DNA of 64,000 bases, taken from the NCBI GenBank assembly GCA_963814095.1, contig CAWFBT010000016.1, positions 32,000-95,999 on the forward strand, written 5' to 3'. The notes under the pieces were generated by a model. It saw only the letters and a program-made list of their open reading frames with translations, did not search any database and had not been told where the DNA came from. Source of the DNA: an uncultured Thermoleophilaceae bacterium. GTDB taxonomy: Bacteria > Actinomycetota > Thermoleophilia > Solirubrobacterales > Thermoleophilaceae. This document shows positions 39,540 through 49,003 of the stretch, in pieces; the stretch's first letter is position 1; each line of letters starts with the position of its first letter. Made by a program: the position numbers and the translations under genes.

Positions 39540-40870
39540 TCGGCGAAGCTGAACGCGTACGCGACGAACGCGGCGTACAGAACCGCGATGCCCGCGTAGT
39601 CCCAGCGCGTGCGCAGGTCCGGCGGCCGCGCGAGCAGCGCGAGCGCGAGCAGCACGAACGGGTCGAAGTACTTCTGATAGACGAGCCGCACGGGCAGCGC
39701 GGCCAGCAGGAAGCAGACGAGGTAGACCGCCGGCAGCGACCAGATGCCCGCGCGCCCGACGAGCAGGTACAGAACGACGGAGCCGAGCGGCACGAGCAGC
39801 CAGAAGAGAAGCGACGAGCCGAACAGCTCCGGCAGACGGTCGGAGAGCTGCCAGAGGTAGCCCGCGTCGCCCGCCTGCTGCGGTGTGATCGGCTTGTAGA
39901 GAAGCGGCGAGATCACGAGCAGGAGCACGCCGGCGCCGACGGCCAAGGAGATCCCCCGACGCACGGCGTCCGCCCGCCCGCTGAGGCCGACATAGGTGCG
40001 GGCGAACAGCGACGAGCGCAGGCTCCGCAGCCGGCGCAGGAGGCCCGGGCCGAAGACGAGCGCGCCGTAGGCCCCGGCGAGCGCGACCGTGAAGCCGACT
40101 GTGCGCAGCGTGAGCGCCTCGCGCGCGAGGCCCTGGCGGTCCTCGCATAGGCCGCACGAGGCCGGGTCGGCGCTGGGCGGGACGAGCCCGTTCCACTCGA
40201 GCGCAAGGAGGCCGAGCGGCACCAGCGAGAGGGCGAGCATCGCGCCGCCCGCGAGCAGCCGGCCGGGCGCACGCAGGTCGGCGCGCAGCAGGAAGACAGC
40301 CGCGACCGGCACGAGCCAGACGAAGGCCTGGCGGGTCAGCAGCGCCGCCGCGATCGCCGCGCAGGCGAGCGCGAGGGCGCCCAGGTCGCGCGTGTGCGAG
40401 TACGCATGGATGCGCTCGAGGGCGACGAGCGCGAACAGGAGGGCGAGGTTGTCCGTGAGCAGCGTGAAGGACACGCCGAGCACGTATGGCGACAGCACGA
40501 ACAGCAGCGTCAGCGCGAACGCCTGCCAGCTCTCGAGCGGTGTGGCGCGGCGCAGCAGGCGCAGCAGCGCGAGCGCCATCCCGTACGAGAAGACGACGTT
40601 CAGCAGGCGCAGCTTCCAGAGCTCGAAGCCGACCAGCTCGCCCCACCAGGCGGTCAGCACGTGGTAGAGCGGCGTCTGCGCGGACGGGTAGTCGGAGAAG
40701 TCGAGCCGCTCGGAGAGCTGCAGGATCGTGGGCAGCTGGTAGACGCGGGCGTCCGTGCCGTGGAAGGTCTCGATCTCGACGGTCAGCCCCTGCAGCACGG
40801 CGATCCCGATCAGGAACGGCAGCGCGAGCAGGCCGCGCTGGAGCCAGTCGCGCCGCCTGGCGTCGGTCAT
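39536..40870 (-). CDS. Polytopic membrane glycosyltransferase, GT-C fold (ArnT/PMT-like)
   Basis: About 444 aa with at least 10 predicted TM helices. The ATG at 40870 overlaps the nth stop (ATGA). Family call rests only on general resemblance to GT39/GT83-type proteins. Confidence 0.6.
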   Translation of the reverse strand: MTDARRRDWLQRGLLALPFLIGIAVLQGLTVEIETFHGTDARVYQLPTILQLSERLDFSDYPSAQTPLYHVLTAWWGELVGFELWKLRLLNVVFSYGMALALLRLLRRATPLESWQAFALTLLFVLSPYVLGVSFTLLTDNLALLFALVALERIHAYSHTRDLGALALACAAIAAALLTRQAFVWLVPVAAVFLLRADLRAPGRLLAGGAMLALSLVPLGLLALEWNGLVPPSADPASCGLCEDRQGLAREALTLRTVGFTVALAGAYGALVFGPGLLRRLRSLRSSLFARTYVGLSGRADAVRRGISLAVGAGVLLLVISPLLYKPITPQQAGDAGYLWQLSDRLPELFGSSLLFWLLVPLGSVVLYLLVGRAGIWSLPAVYLVCFLLAALPVRLVYQKYFDPFVLLALALLARPPDLRTRWDYAGIAVLYAAFVAYAFSFAD

Positions 40871-41532
40871 CCGCGCGCGAGCCGGCGCCGACCCTCGGGA
40901 CACGTGCGCCGCAGCGGGCAGTCCGGGCAGTCGGGCGAACGCGCGCTGCAGGTCCGGCGGCCGTGGCGAATCAGCAGCACGTGCGTCTCGTAGGCCTCCT
41001 GGCCGTCGTCGCTCACCAGCCGCAGCATCTCGTCGTGCGCCTCGTCGAAGCTCGCCTTCTCGCGCCAGAGCCCGAGCCGCGAGCCGACCCGGTAGACGTG
41101 CGTGTCGACGGGAACATCCGGCCGGCCGAAGGCGAACAGGAGCACGCAGGCCGCCGTCTTGCGCCCCACGCCGGGCAGGTCGGTGAGGTAATCGCGGGCC
41201 TCGCCGAGCGGTGCCTCGGCGAGCCAGCTGAGATCGTCGTCGCCGATCGCCTCGAGGATCTGCTTGATGCGCACGGCCTTGGTCGGAGCGAGGCCGCCGG
41301 GCCGGATCGCGTCCTCGATCTCGGCCACCGGCGCGTCGCGCACGGAGTCCCAGGACGGGAAGCGCTCGCGCAGGCGGTCATAGGCGACGTCGCGGTTGCG
41401 GTCGTTCGTGTTCTGCGAGAGCACGGTCAGGATCAGCTCGTCGATCGGCTTGTGATGTGGACGCAGCAGCGGTCGGCCGTACTCCCTGCGGAGCTTGTCG
41501 AGGATCCTGCGGAGCCTGCGCCGGTCGGCCAT
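40867..41532 (-). CDS. nth: Endonuclease III
   Basis: HhH-GPD domain (…LPGVGRKTAACVLLFAFG…) and a 4Fe-4S cluster loop C-x6-C-x2-C-x5-C (CSARSPDCPDCPLRRTC). Confidence 0.9.
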   Translation of the reverse strand: MADRRRLRRILDKLRREYGRPLLRPHHKPIDELILTVLSQNTNDRNRDVAYDRLRERFPSWDSVRDAPVAEIEDAIRPGGLAPTKAVRIKQILEAIGDDDLSWLAEAPLGEARDYLTDLPGVGRKTAACVLLFAFGRPDVPVDTHVYRVGSRLGLWREKASFDEAHDEMLRLVSDDGQEAYETHVLLIRHGRRTCSARSPDCPDCPLRRTCPEGRRRLARG

Positions 41533-41561
41533 CGAGGGCGTGATGCTATGAACCCGCGCCC

Positions 41562-42335
41562 ATGGAGATCAGCGACGAGCAGGCCGAGGTCGCCGGCCTC
41601 GGCATCCACTGGCTGCGCGCCGGCGACGCGCCGGTCCTCTATGTGCACGGTGCACCGACCGGCTCGTTCGACTGGATTCCGTTCCTCGAGCGCATCGGCG
41701 GGGTGGCCCCGGACCTGCCCGGCTTCGGCCGCTCGGCGAAGCCGGGCGACTTCGAGTACTCGATCGCCGGGTACGACCGCTTCCTCGAGGCGTTCACCGC
41801 GCACACGGGGCTGGAGCGCTTCTCGCTCGTCGTTCACGACTTCGGCGGCGTCGGCCTTGCCTTCGCCCAGCGCTTCCCGGAGCGGATCGAGAAGCTCGTG
41901 CTGTTCACCTGCCTGCCGCTGCTTCCCGGCTACCGCTGGCACCGCATCGCGCGCGGCTGGCGCACCCCCGTCATCGGCGAGCTGATGATGGGCTTCACGA
42001 CTCGCTGGGGTCTGCGGCGCGAGCTGCCGCGCGACCTTGCCGACCGCGCCTGGGAGCACTTCGACCAGGGGACACAGCGCGCGATCCTCAGGCTCTACCG
42101 GTCCGCCCCGCCGGAGCTGCTCGAGCGCTCCGGGGCGCGACTCGGCGAGCTCCGCTGTCCAGCGCTCATCCTCTGGCCCACCGCCGACCCCTACATCGGC
42201 GCGGAGTTCGGCCAGCGCTACAAGGACGCGCTCGGCGGCGATGCCGAGCTCGAGCTCGTCAGCGCCGGCCACTGGACCTGGCACGAGCGGCCGGAGCTGG
42301 TCGAGCGAACGGCCTCGTTTCTCGGCTTCCACTAG
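41562..42335 (+). CDS. Alpha/beta hydrolase (haloalkane-dehalogenase/epoxide-hydrolase-like)
   Basis: 257 aa, HGAPTGSFDW…VVHDFGG (nucleophile elbow with Asp)…GHW.W.E. Confidence 0.85.
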   Translation: MEISDEQAEVAGLGIHWLRAGDAPVLYVHGAPTGSFDWIPFLERIGGVAPDLPGFGRSAKPGDFEYSIAGYDRFLEAFTAHTGLERFSLVVHDFGGVGLAFAQRFPERIEKLVLFTCLPLLPGYRWHRIARGWRTPVIGELMMGFTTRWGLRRELPRDLADRAWEHFDQGTQRAILRLYRSAPPELLERSGARLGELRCPALILWPTADPYIGAEFGQRYKDALGGDAELELVSAGHWTWHERPELVERTASFLGFH

Positions 42336-42441
42336 CCTCACCAACGCCGTGCTGCGCGCCGTGATCTCCGCCGTCACAGCGCCACCCAGAGCCCCGGCAA
42401 CGGAGCCCGCGGAGGCGCCCGACCGCCGCTTCCGACGGGGT

Positions 42442-44064
42442 ATGTCCGTGCAGCTCTGGTATAGGCGGATCGACTGGTGGCAGGTTGCTCCGGTCCTGGT
42501 CGCGCTGCTGTTCGCGGTCGCGTACCTGATCTGGCAGCCGCGCACGGTCGATCTCGCGGCGCACACCTTCCGCGCCGAGCTGTTCGGCGAGGAGGGCTTC
42601 ACGATCTGGAACGGCCAGTGGTACGGCGGCCACCACACGCCCGCCTACTCGATCATCTCGCCGCCGCTCGCCTGGCTGCTCAGTCCTCCGGTCGCACTCG
42701 CGTGCGGGGCGGTGGCCTGCGCCGCGCTGTTCCCGCCGCTGGCGCGCGGCCACTTCGGCGCGGAGCGCGCCCGCTGGGGCTCCATCTGGTTCGGCGCCGC
42801 CACCGCCACGCTGCTGTTCACGAGCCGCCTGCCGTTCGCGATCGGCGTTGCCTTCGGTCTCGCGGCGCTGCTGGCGCTGCAGCGCCACCGCTACGGGCTC
42901 GCGATCGTGCTCGCCGTCCTCTGCCCGCTCGGCAGCCCGGTGGCGGGCCTGTTCCTCGCCATGGCGGGAATCGCCTACGCCATCGCCGAGCGCCGCAACC
43001 GCGTCAACCGGCTCGAGGGCCTGGCGATCGCGGCAGCGGCGCTCATCCCGCCCCTCTTCCTGTCCTGGGCCTTCCCCGAGGGCGGCTGGGCGCCGTTCCC
43101 CACTTCGGCCTACGTCCCGATCCCGCTGTTCGCGCTCGCCGTCCTGATCGTGCTCCCGCGCGAGGAGGCGGCTCTCCGCTGGGGCGCGGTGCTGTACGGC
43201 CTGGGCGCCACGGCCGCACTCGCGGTCGAGACGCCGATGGGCGGCAACGCCGTGCGCCTGGGCGCGCTGTTCGGCGGGCCCATCCTCCTGTGCGCCCTCT
43301 GGGGCCGGCGTTTCCGGCACGGTCTGATCGTCTGGCCGCTGATCGCGGTGGGCTTCGCGCTGCTCGCCTTCTGGCAGTGGTCGCCCGCCGTGCGCGACGT
43401 CATCAAGTACATCGAGGACCCGGCCGCGAAGTCGGACTACTTCGAGCCGCTGCGCCAGTTCCTCTTCACGCTTCCCGACCAGCGCCGCATCGAGATCCCG
43501 TTCACGCGCAGCCACTGGGAGGGCGCCGAGGTGGCGATGGAGCAGCCGCTTGCGCGCGGCTGGCTGCGTCAGCTCGACACCGGTCTCCATCCGATCTTCT
43601 ACCGCGAGGGCATCAACCGGCTGACGTACGCGAGCTGGCTCGCGGACAACGCGGTCCGCTACGTGGCGCTGCCGAGCGCGAAGCCGGACAAGAGCTCGTA
43701 CGGCGAGCGCGCGCTGATCGAGAAGGGGCTGCCCTACCTGCGCCTCCGATGGAAGTCGGCGGACTGGCGCGTCTACGAGGTGCTGCTGCCCACGCCGCTC
43801 GTGATCCCGCAGAAGGACGCCAACGTGGTGCTCGAGCAGATGCAGTCGGACGAGCTGCTGCTCGACGTCAAGCGGCCCGGCGAGGCGATCGTCAAGGTCC
43901 GCTGGACGCCGTACTGGTTCGCCTCGAACGCCTGCGTGGAGCCCTACGGCGACTGGACCAAGGTGATCGCCGAGCGGACTGGCTTCGTCCGCCTGTCGAC
44001 CCGCTTCGCCCCTGAGCGCCTGTTCCAGCGCGGTCGCAGATGTGACGACTCTGTGACCGGCTAG
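42442..44064 (+). CDS. Large polytopic membrane protein with extracytoplasmic C-terminal domain (possible GT-C glycosyltransferase)
   Basis: ATG MSVQLWYRRIDWW…; about 12 TM helices followed by a soluble domain of about 200 aa. The portion of ORF 42037 upstream of 42442 overlaps the hydrolase gene and is rejected. Confidence 0.65.
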   Translation: MSVQLWYRRIDWWQVAPVLVALLFAVAYLIWQPRTVDLAAHTFRAELFGEEGFTIWNGQWYGGHHTPAYSIISPPLAWLLSPPVALACGAVACAALFPPLARGHFGAERARWGSIWFGAATATLLFTSRLPFAIGVAFGLAALLALQRHRYGLAIVLAVLCPLGSPVAGLFLAMAGIAYAIAERRNRVNRLEGLAIAAAALIPPLFLSWAFPEGGWAPFPTSAYVPIPLFALAVLIVLPREEAALRWGAVLYGLGATAALAVETPMGGNAVRLGALFGGPILLCALWGRRFRHGLIVWPLIAVGFALLAFWQWSPAVRDVIKYIEDPAAKSDYFEPLRQFLFTLPDQRRIEIPFTRSHWEGAEVAMEQPLARGWLRQLDTGLHPIFYREGINRLTYASWLADNAVRYVALPSAKPDKSSYGERALIEKGLPYLRLRWKSADWRVYEVLLPTPLVIPQKDANVVLEQMQSDELLLDVKRPGEAIVKVRWTPYWFASNACVEPYGDWTKVIAERTGFVRLSTRFAPERLFQRGRRCDDSVTG

Positions 44065-44075
44065 GCTCTGTCGTT

Positions 44076-44879
44076 GTGCCGCGTACCCATCCGCTGTACA
44101 AGCAGCTGTTCCGCGTTTGGAGGCAGACAGGGCGCTGGCTGCCCGGCGGCTGGCTCGACGCGATCCGCCAGCTCGCCCTCTTCGCCGGGGCCTACTACCT
44201 CTACCGAATAGTCCGCGGCTTCATCGACGGCCAGGCCGGCCTCGCCTTCGAGAACGCGCGCGCCCTCGTTGACATCGAGCGCTCGCTCGGACTCTTCTTC
44301 GAGCCGAGCCTTCAGGCGTGGGCGAAGGGTCAGGAGTGGATCCTCCTGTTCGCCAACTGGATGTACGTGAACTCGCACTTCGTCGTAACCACGACCTTCC
44401 TGATCTGGCTCTACCTCGCGCGCAACCACGCCTACTACTTCGTGCGCAACATGTTCCTCGTGGCGATGGCTCTCGCCCTCGTGGGCTACACCGTCTTCCC
44501 CACGGCACCGCCGCGCTTCCTGCCCGAGTGGGGCTTCACGGACACCGTCGCGAACTTCGTCGGCGAGGCGGCCGAGAACAGCGCCAACGTGCTCTACAAC
44601 CCGTTCGCCGCCGTGCCCAGCATGCACGTGGCGTTCGCCCTGATGATCGGCATCCCCGCTTTCATGCTGGTCAGGAACCGCGTGCTGAAGGCGCTCTGGC
44701 TGATCTACCCGCTCGTCGTGACGTTCGTGGTGATGGTCACCGCGAACCACTACTGGCTGGACGCTGCGCTCGGCGCGCTCGTCGCCGCGGTGTCCGCCTA
44801 CACGGCCTCGGCGGGCTTCGCGCGGCTGCGGCCTGAGGCCTGGAGCTGGCGCAACGGCGCCGCCAAGGCGCCGGCGTGA
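44076..44879 (+). CDS. PAP2_C-type membrane protein (inositol-phosphoceramide-synthase/AUR1-like phosphotransferase family)
   Basis: 267 aa, six TM helices; …PPRF….NPFAAVPSMHVAFA…TANHYWLDA… carries the H…H/D PAP2 C2/C3-like motifs. The stop overlaps the next start (GTGA). Confidence 0.7.
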   Translation: MPRTHPLYKQLFRVWRQTGRWLPGGWLDAIRQLALFAGAYYLYRIVRGFIDGQAGLAFENARALVDIERSLGLFFEPSLQAWAKGQEWILLFANWMYVNSHFVVTTTFLIWLYLARNHAYYFVRNMFLVAMALALVGYTVFPTAPPRFLPEWGFTDTVANFVGEAAENSANVLYNPFAAVPSMHVAFALMIGIPAFMLVRNRVLKALWLIYPLVVTFVVMVTANHYWLDAALGALVAAVSAYTASAGFARLRPEAWSWRNGAAKAPA

Positions 44880-45541
44880 GCGATCCGGTTCGCGAGCGCC
44901 GCTCGACCCGCCGAGCGAACGGCGGCGGACCGCTCAGCGCCACCGAGATCCGCGAGCTCGCCCGCGACCGCCTGATCGAGTCGCGGCTCACGCCGAACGC
45001 GATCTCGATCACCGGGCTGATCGGCAACATCGTCGCGGCCGTCCTGATCTTCGAGAACCATTTCGTGCTGGCGGGCGTCGCCTTCATCCTCGGCTCCGTC
45101 TGCGACATGTTCGACGGCCGCTACTCGCGCATGTCCGGCAAGGGCAGCCCGTTCGGCGCCTTCCTCGACTCGACGCTTGACCGCGTGTCCGAGGGCATCG
45201 TGCTCGCGGCCGTGGCGGCCTACTTCGCCCAGCAGCAGGACGACTGGGCCACGCTCGCGACCGTGCTGGCGGTGGTCGGCTCGTTCTCGGTCAGCTACAC
45301 CCGGGCCCGCGCCGAGGCGCTCGGGGTCGAATGCAAGGTCGGAATCGCCTCGCGCCCGGTGCGCGTCGTGATCCTCTCGATCGGCCTCGTGTTCGCTGCG
45401 GACGAGCTCGTGCCGGGCCTCGACCTGCTGGAGCCCGCGATATACGCGATGGCGGCGCTCACCATTTTCACTACCTTCCAGCGGGTATTTCACGTCCGCA
45501 CGCAGCTCCGGCGGGTGGCGGACGGAGCTGACGCGGTGTAA
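44876..45541 (+). CDS. CDP-alcohol phosphatidyltransferase (phosphatidylinositol-phosphate synthase-like)
   Basis: Motif DMFDGRYSRMSGKGSPFGAFLDSTLDRVSE, i.e. D-x2-DG-x2-(A/S)R…G-x3-D-x3-D. 221 aa, multi-TM. Confidence 0.85.
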   Translation: MSDPVRERRSTRRANGGGPLSATEIRELARDRLIESRLTPNAISITGLIGNIVAAVLIFENHFVLAGVAFILGSVCDMFDGRYSRMSGKGSPFGAFLDSTLDRVSEGIVLAAVAAYFAQQQDDWATLATVLAVVGSFSVSYTRARAEALGVECKVGIASRPVRVVILSIGLVFAADELVPGLDLLEPAIYAMAALTIFTTFQRVFHVRTQLRRVADGADAV

Positions 45542-45632
45542 CCCGCGCGGGCTCGCCGGGTTCCTCTCCCGGTGGTCCATGCGCGCGAGCCCGTGCCACC
45601 CGTGAGACCCATTTCAGGAGGACTTCCCCCCA

Positions 45633-46802
45633 ATGACTGACATCTCTTCAAACGGCGCTTCGCGCTACCAGAGCGACAAGGTGCGCGTGGCCATCATCGG
45701 CGTGGGCAACTGCGCCTCGTCCTTCGTGCAGGGCGTCGAGTACTACAAGGACGCCGACCCGAACGAGCGAGTTCCCGGCCTGATGCACGTCGACCTCGGT
45801 GGCTACCACGTGCGTGACATCGAGTTCACCGCGGCCTTCGACATCGACGCCGAGAAGGTCGGCAAGGACCTGTCAGAGGCGATCTGGTCGGGCCAGAACA
45901 ACACCATCAAGTTCGCCGACGTGCCGGACCTGGGCGTGAAGGTCCACCGCGGCATGACGCACGACGGTCTCGGCAAGTACCTGAAGGAGCGCATCACCAA
46001 GGCGCCCGGCGAGACCGACGACATCGTCGGCATCCTCAAGGAGACCAAGACCGACGTGGTCGTCTCGTACCTGCCGGTCGGCTCCGAGCAGGCGACCAAG
46101 TGGTACGTCGAGCAGATCCTCGAAGCCGGCTGTGGCTTCGTGAACTGCATCCCGGTCTTCATCGCGGGCGAGCACTACTGGGCCACCCGTTTCGAGAAGG
46201 CGGGCCTGCCGATCGTCGGCGACGACATCAAGTCGCAGGTCGGCGCCACGATCACCCACCGCGCGCTGGCGCGGCTCTTCCATGACCGCGGCGTCCAGCT
46301 CAAGCGAACCTCGCAGCTGAACGTCGGCGGCAACATGGACTTCTTCAACATGCTCGAGCGCGAGCGGCTCGAGTCGAAGAAGATCTCGAAGACCCAGGCG
46401 GTCACGTCGATCATGGGCCACGAGCTGCCCGCGGACGACGTGCACGTCGGGCCCTCGGACTACGTGCCGTGGCTGACCGACCGCAAGTGGGCGCACATCC
46501 GGCTCGAGGGCGAGGCCTTCGGCGACGTGCCGCTGATCGCCGAGCTGAAGCTCGAGGTCTGGGACTCGCCGAACTCGGCCGGCATCGTCACCGACGCCGT
46601 GCGCTGCTGCAAGCTCGCCATGAACCACGGCCTCGGCGGCCCGATCGCGGGGGCGTCCGCCTACCTGATGAAGTCGCCGCCGGAGCAGCACCCGGACGAC
46701 GTGGCCCGCGAGATGGTCGAGGACTTCATCAAGACCTACGGCGGCGCCCCGAAGCTGCCCGGCAAGCCGAAGGTCAAGGGCAAGCAGAAGCAGAAGGCCT
46801 AG
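45633..46802 (+). CDS. ino1: myo-Inositol-1-phosphate (inositol-3-phosphate) synthase
   Basis: 389 aa, [16 protein letters not shown]…, prokaryotic MIPS family. Preceded by CAGGAGGA. Confidence 0.92.
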   Translation: MTDISSNGASRYQSDKVRVAIIGVGNCASSFVQGVEYYKDADPNERVPGLMHVDLGGYHVRDIEFTAAFDIDAEKVGKDLSEAIWSGQNNTIKFADVPDLGVKVHRGMTHDGLGKYLKERITKAPGETDDIVGILKETKTDVVVSYLPVGSEQATKWYVEQILEAGCGFVNCIPVFIAGEHYWATRFEKAGLPIVGDDIKSQVGATITHRALARLFHDRGVQLKRTSQLNVGGNMDFFNMLERERLESKKISKTQAVTSIMGHELPADDVHVGPSDYVPWLTDRKWAHIRLEGEAFGDVPLIAELKLEVWDSPNSAGIVTDAVRCCKLAMNHGLGGPIAGASAYLMKSPPEQHPDDVAREMVEDFIKTYGGAPKLPGKPKVKGKQKQKA

Positions 46803-46826
46803 CGCCTTCCTACGAACTCAGCGATC

Positions 46827-46860
46827 GCGGGCCGCGCAACTTCCGCGGCCCGCGCTCGTT
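46827..46860 (+). terminator. Stem-loop terminator candidate after ino1
   Basis: Perfect 10-bp stem GCGGGCCGCG / CGCGGCCCGC with loop CAACTTC, followed by GCTCGTTT (only a short T-tract). Confidence 0.55.
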
Positions 46861-46869
46861 TACAAGTTC

Positions 46870-47952
46870 ATGATCGATTGGACTCGACGCGCTTTCGCAT
46901 GCGCGCTTACGCTGACCCTCGCCCTCGTTCCCGCGGGCCTTGCCCAAGCGGCCAAGCCGAAGAAGCAGCCGGCCGACCTCAAGGTCATGACGCGGAACAT
47001 CTACCTGGGCGGCAACATCTTCGGGCCGATCGGGGCCCCCGACCTCGCCGACTTCGAGCGGCGTGCCGGTGAGCTCTGGGCCGAGGTCCAGAGCACCGAC
47101 TTCCCGGTCCGTTCCAAGCTGCTCGCTCGCGAGATCAAGCAGACCAAGCCGGACCTGATCGGGATGCAGGAGGTCGCCATCTGGCGGCGCGGTCCCGACG
47201 GGCTGAAGGACGGCGCGACCACACCCGCGACCCAGGTCGTCTACGACTTCCTCGCGACGCTGCGGCGCGACCTGAAGCGGCTCGGGCTCAAGTACAGCGT
47301 CGCCTCGAAGCAGCAGGAGACCAACATCGAAGCGCCCATCGACGCCGGCTATGACGTGCGCCTGACGATGTTCGACGTGATCCTCGTGAAGAAGCGCGCC
47401 GACCTGAAGGTGAAGAAGCGCTTCGGCAAGAACTACGCCGACAGGATCCCCGTGCCGACGCCGGGCGGGACGCTCACGAGCACGCGCGGCTGGACGGCGA
47501 TCGACCTGACCTTCAAGGGCAAGAAGCTGCGCTTCGTAAACACCCACCTGGAGGCGTTCCTCGACTCGACCCGCGAGGCCCAGGCGCGCGAGTTCGTCGG
47601 CGCGGGCGGACCGCTGCGCACGAAGCGCCAGGTGATCGTGACCGGTGACATGAACTCCGACCCCGAGGGCCGCGAGTCCCCGGCGGCCGCGTTCGACATC
47701 CTCGCCGGCGGCGGTCTCGTGGACACGTGGGCGAGCCGCCTCGGCCCGGGCTTCACCTGCTGCCTCGAGCAGTCGAATGCCCGCGACACGAACACGAACG
47801 GCTTCGACCATCGGATCGACCTGATCCTCGCGAAGCCGAAGCTGCGCACCCTGCGCGGCACGGTCGTGGGAGCCCAGCTCTCCGACCGGGCGCCGAACGG
47901 CCTGTGGCCGTCGGACCACGCCGGCGCGGTCACCACGCTGCGGCTGCGCTGA
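46870..47952 (+). CDS. Secreted endonuclease/exonuclease/phosphatase (EEP) family hydrolase
   Basis: Signal peptide …ALTLTLALVPAGLAQA; VMTRNIYLG…GMQEV…NTHLE…GDMNS…SDHAG motifs of the EEP fold. Confidence 0.85.
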   Translation: MIDWTRRAFACALTLTLALVPAGLAQAAKPKKQPADLKVMTRNIYLGGNIFGPIGAPDLADFERRAGELWAEVQSTDFPVRSKLLAREIKQTKPDLIGMQEVAIWRRGPDGLKDGATTPATQVVYDFLATLRRDLKRLGLKYSVASKQQETNIEAPIDAGYDVRLTMFDVILVKKRADLKVKKRFGKNYADRIPVPTPGGTLTSTRGWTAIDLTFKGKKLRFVNTHLEAFLDSTREAQAREFVGAGGPLRTKRQVIVTGDMNSDPEGRESPAAAFDILAGGGLVDTWASRLGPGFTCCLEQSNARDTNTNGFDHRIDLILAKPKLRTLRGTVVGAQLSDRAPNGLWPSDHAGAVTTLRLR

Positions 47953-47975
47953 CCCTGGTCAGGACGCCGGGGCGG

Positions 47976-48887
47976 CTAGACCGCCTCGGCGTCCAGGCCG
48001 CGCGTGAAGTAGGGCACTTGGTAGTGGCCGACCGCGTCGAACCAGCGCTTCGCGTGCAGGCCGCGGCGGAGGTCGCAGTCGGCGACGAGCATGCCCTCCT
48101 CGCCGTACAGCGGGCCTGCGATCACCTCGCCCCACTCGGGGTCGACGATCACGGCGCCGCCGTCGCCGAAGCTCTCCCGGTCGGGAAGCTCCAGCGGGAA
48201 GTCGCCCGGGAAGGCGGAGCGCGGGATGTACTGCGGTGCCGACACCACGAACGCTCCTGACTCGATCGCGATGTGGCGCATGCTCGCCTGCCAGCCATCC
48301 GAATCGTCGGCCGTGGGGGCGAGCCAGATCTGCGGCCCGCCCTGGTAGACGGCCCAGCGCGCCAGGGGCATGCGGTTCTCCCAGCAGATGAGCCCGCCGA
48401 TCCGGCCGACCGGGGTCTCCGTCACGGCCAGGTCGTCGCCGGGGCCGATGCCGTGGAACAGGCGCTCCTGATGGGTCGGCATCAGCTTGCGGTGCTTCCA
48501 CAGGAGCCCGTCCGGACCGATCAGGAGCAGCGCGTTGTAGAGCGTCCCGGGCCGCTCCGGCTCGCGCTCGTTGACACCGATCGCGCAATGCAGATCGTGC
48601 TCGCGGCAAGCCTGCGCCAGGCGCTCGACCACCGGCCCCGGGACCTCGACCGAGCTCTCCCACATGCGCTCCCAGAGCTCGTCGCTGCCGCCGAAGGTCG
48701 CCGCCTGGTGCGCCCACGCGTTCGAGGGATAGAGAGAGATGAAGGTTTCCGGCAGCACCGCCAGCCGGGCGCCGGCGGCGGCCGCGTCGCCGAGGAGGCC
48801 GATCGTCTTGTCGACGGTGGCGTCGGCGTCGAGGATCACCGGGGTGGCCTGGATGGCGGCCACCCGGACAGTCGGGAACTCCGTCAT
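47976..48887 (-). CDS. Nitrilase / carbon-nitrogen hydrolase
   Basis: 303 aa; LAVLPETF (Glu), …KLMP… (Lys) and CWENRMPL (Cys) form the catalytic triad context of branch-1 nitrilases. Confidence 0.9.
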   Translation of the reverse strand: MTEFPTVRVAAIQATPVILDADATVDKTIGLLGDAAAAGARLAVLPETFISLYPSNAWAHQAATFGGSDELWERMWESSVEVPGPVVERLAQACREHDLHCAIGVNEREPERPGTLYNALLLIGPDGLLWKHRKLMPTHQERLFHGIGPGDDLAVTETPVGRIGGLICWENRMPLARWAVYQGGPQIWLAPTADDSDGWQASMRHIAIESGAFVVSAPQYIPRSAFPGDFPLELPDRESFGDGGAVIVDPEWGEVIAGPLYGEEGMLVADCDLRRGLHAKRWFDAVGHYQVPYFTRGLDAEAV

Positions 48888-48904
48888 CGCATCCGCGATC
48901 GTAT

Positions 48905-48990
48905 CGGCGGAGCACCCGGCTCGGCCGGGTGCGCAGCTTCTCCATCCTCCGGCGGAGCACCCGGCTCGGCCGGGTGCGCAGCTTCTCCAT
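48905..48990. repeat. Tandem direct repeat, 2 x 41 nt identical with 45-bp period, each unit containing a perfect 21-bp palindrome
   Basis: CGGCGGAGCACCCGGCTCGGCCGGGTGCGCAGCTTCTCCAT occurs at 48905..48945 and 48950..48990. Palindromes GCACCCGGC-TCG-GCCGGGTGC lie at 48912..48932 and 48957..48977. Located between the divergent nitrilase and GT4 genes. Confidence 0.9.
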
Positions 48991-49003
48991 ATCCTCCCGT
49001 CGC

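Noticed and set aside
38586-40646. 686-aa minus-strand ORF
   Set aside because: It spans the ArsM-like gene (antisense) and the GT-C gene (out of frame), and its composition is dominated by Arg/Ala/Pro.
42259-43590. 443-aa minus-strand ORF, and 42477..44015 (+) alternative frame
   Set aside because: They overlap the polytopic membrane protein frame (42442..44064), which shows regular hydrophobic helices. These frames do not.
48905-48990. CRISPR array
   Set aside because: There are only two repeat copies, with a 4-nt rather than spacer-length gap, and no cas genes. It is treated as a tandem duplication with operator-like palindromes.
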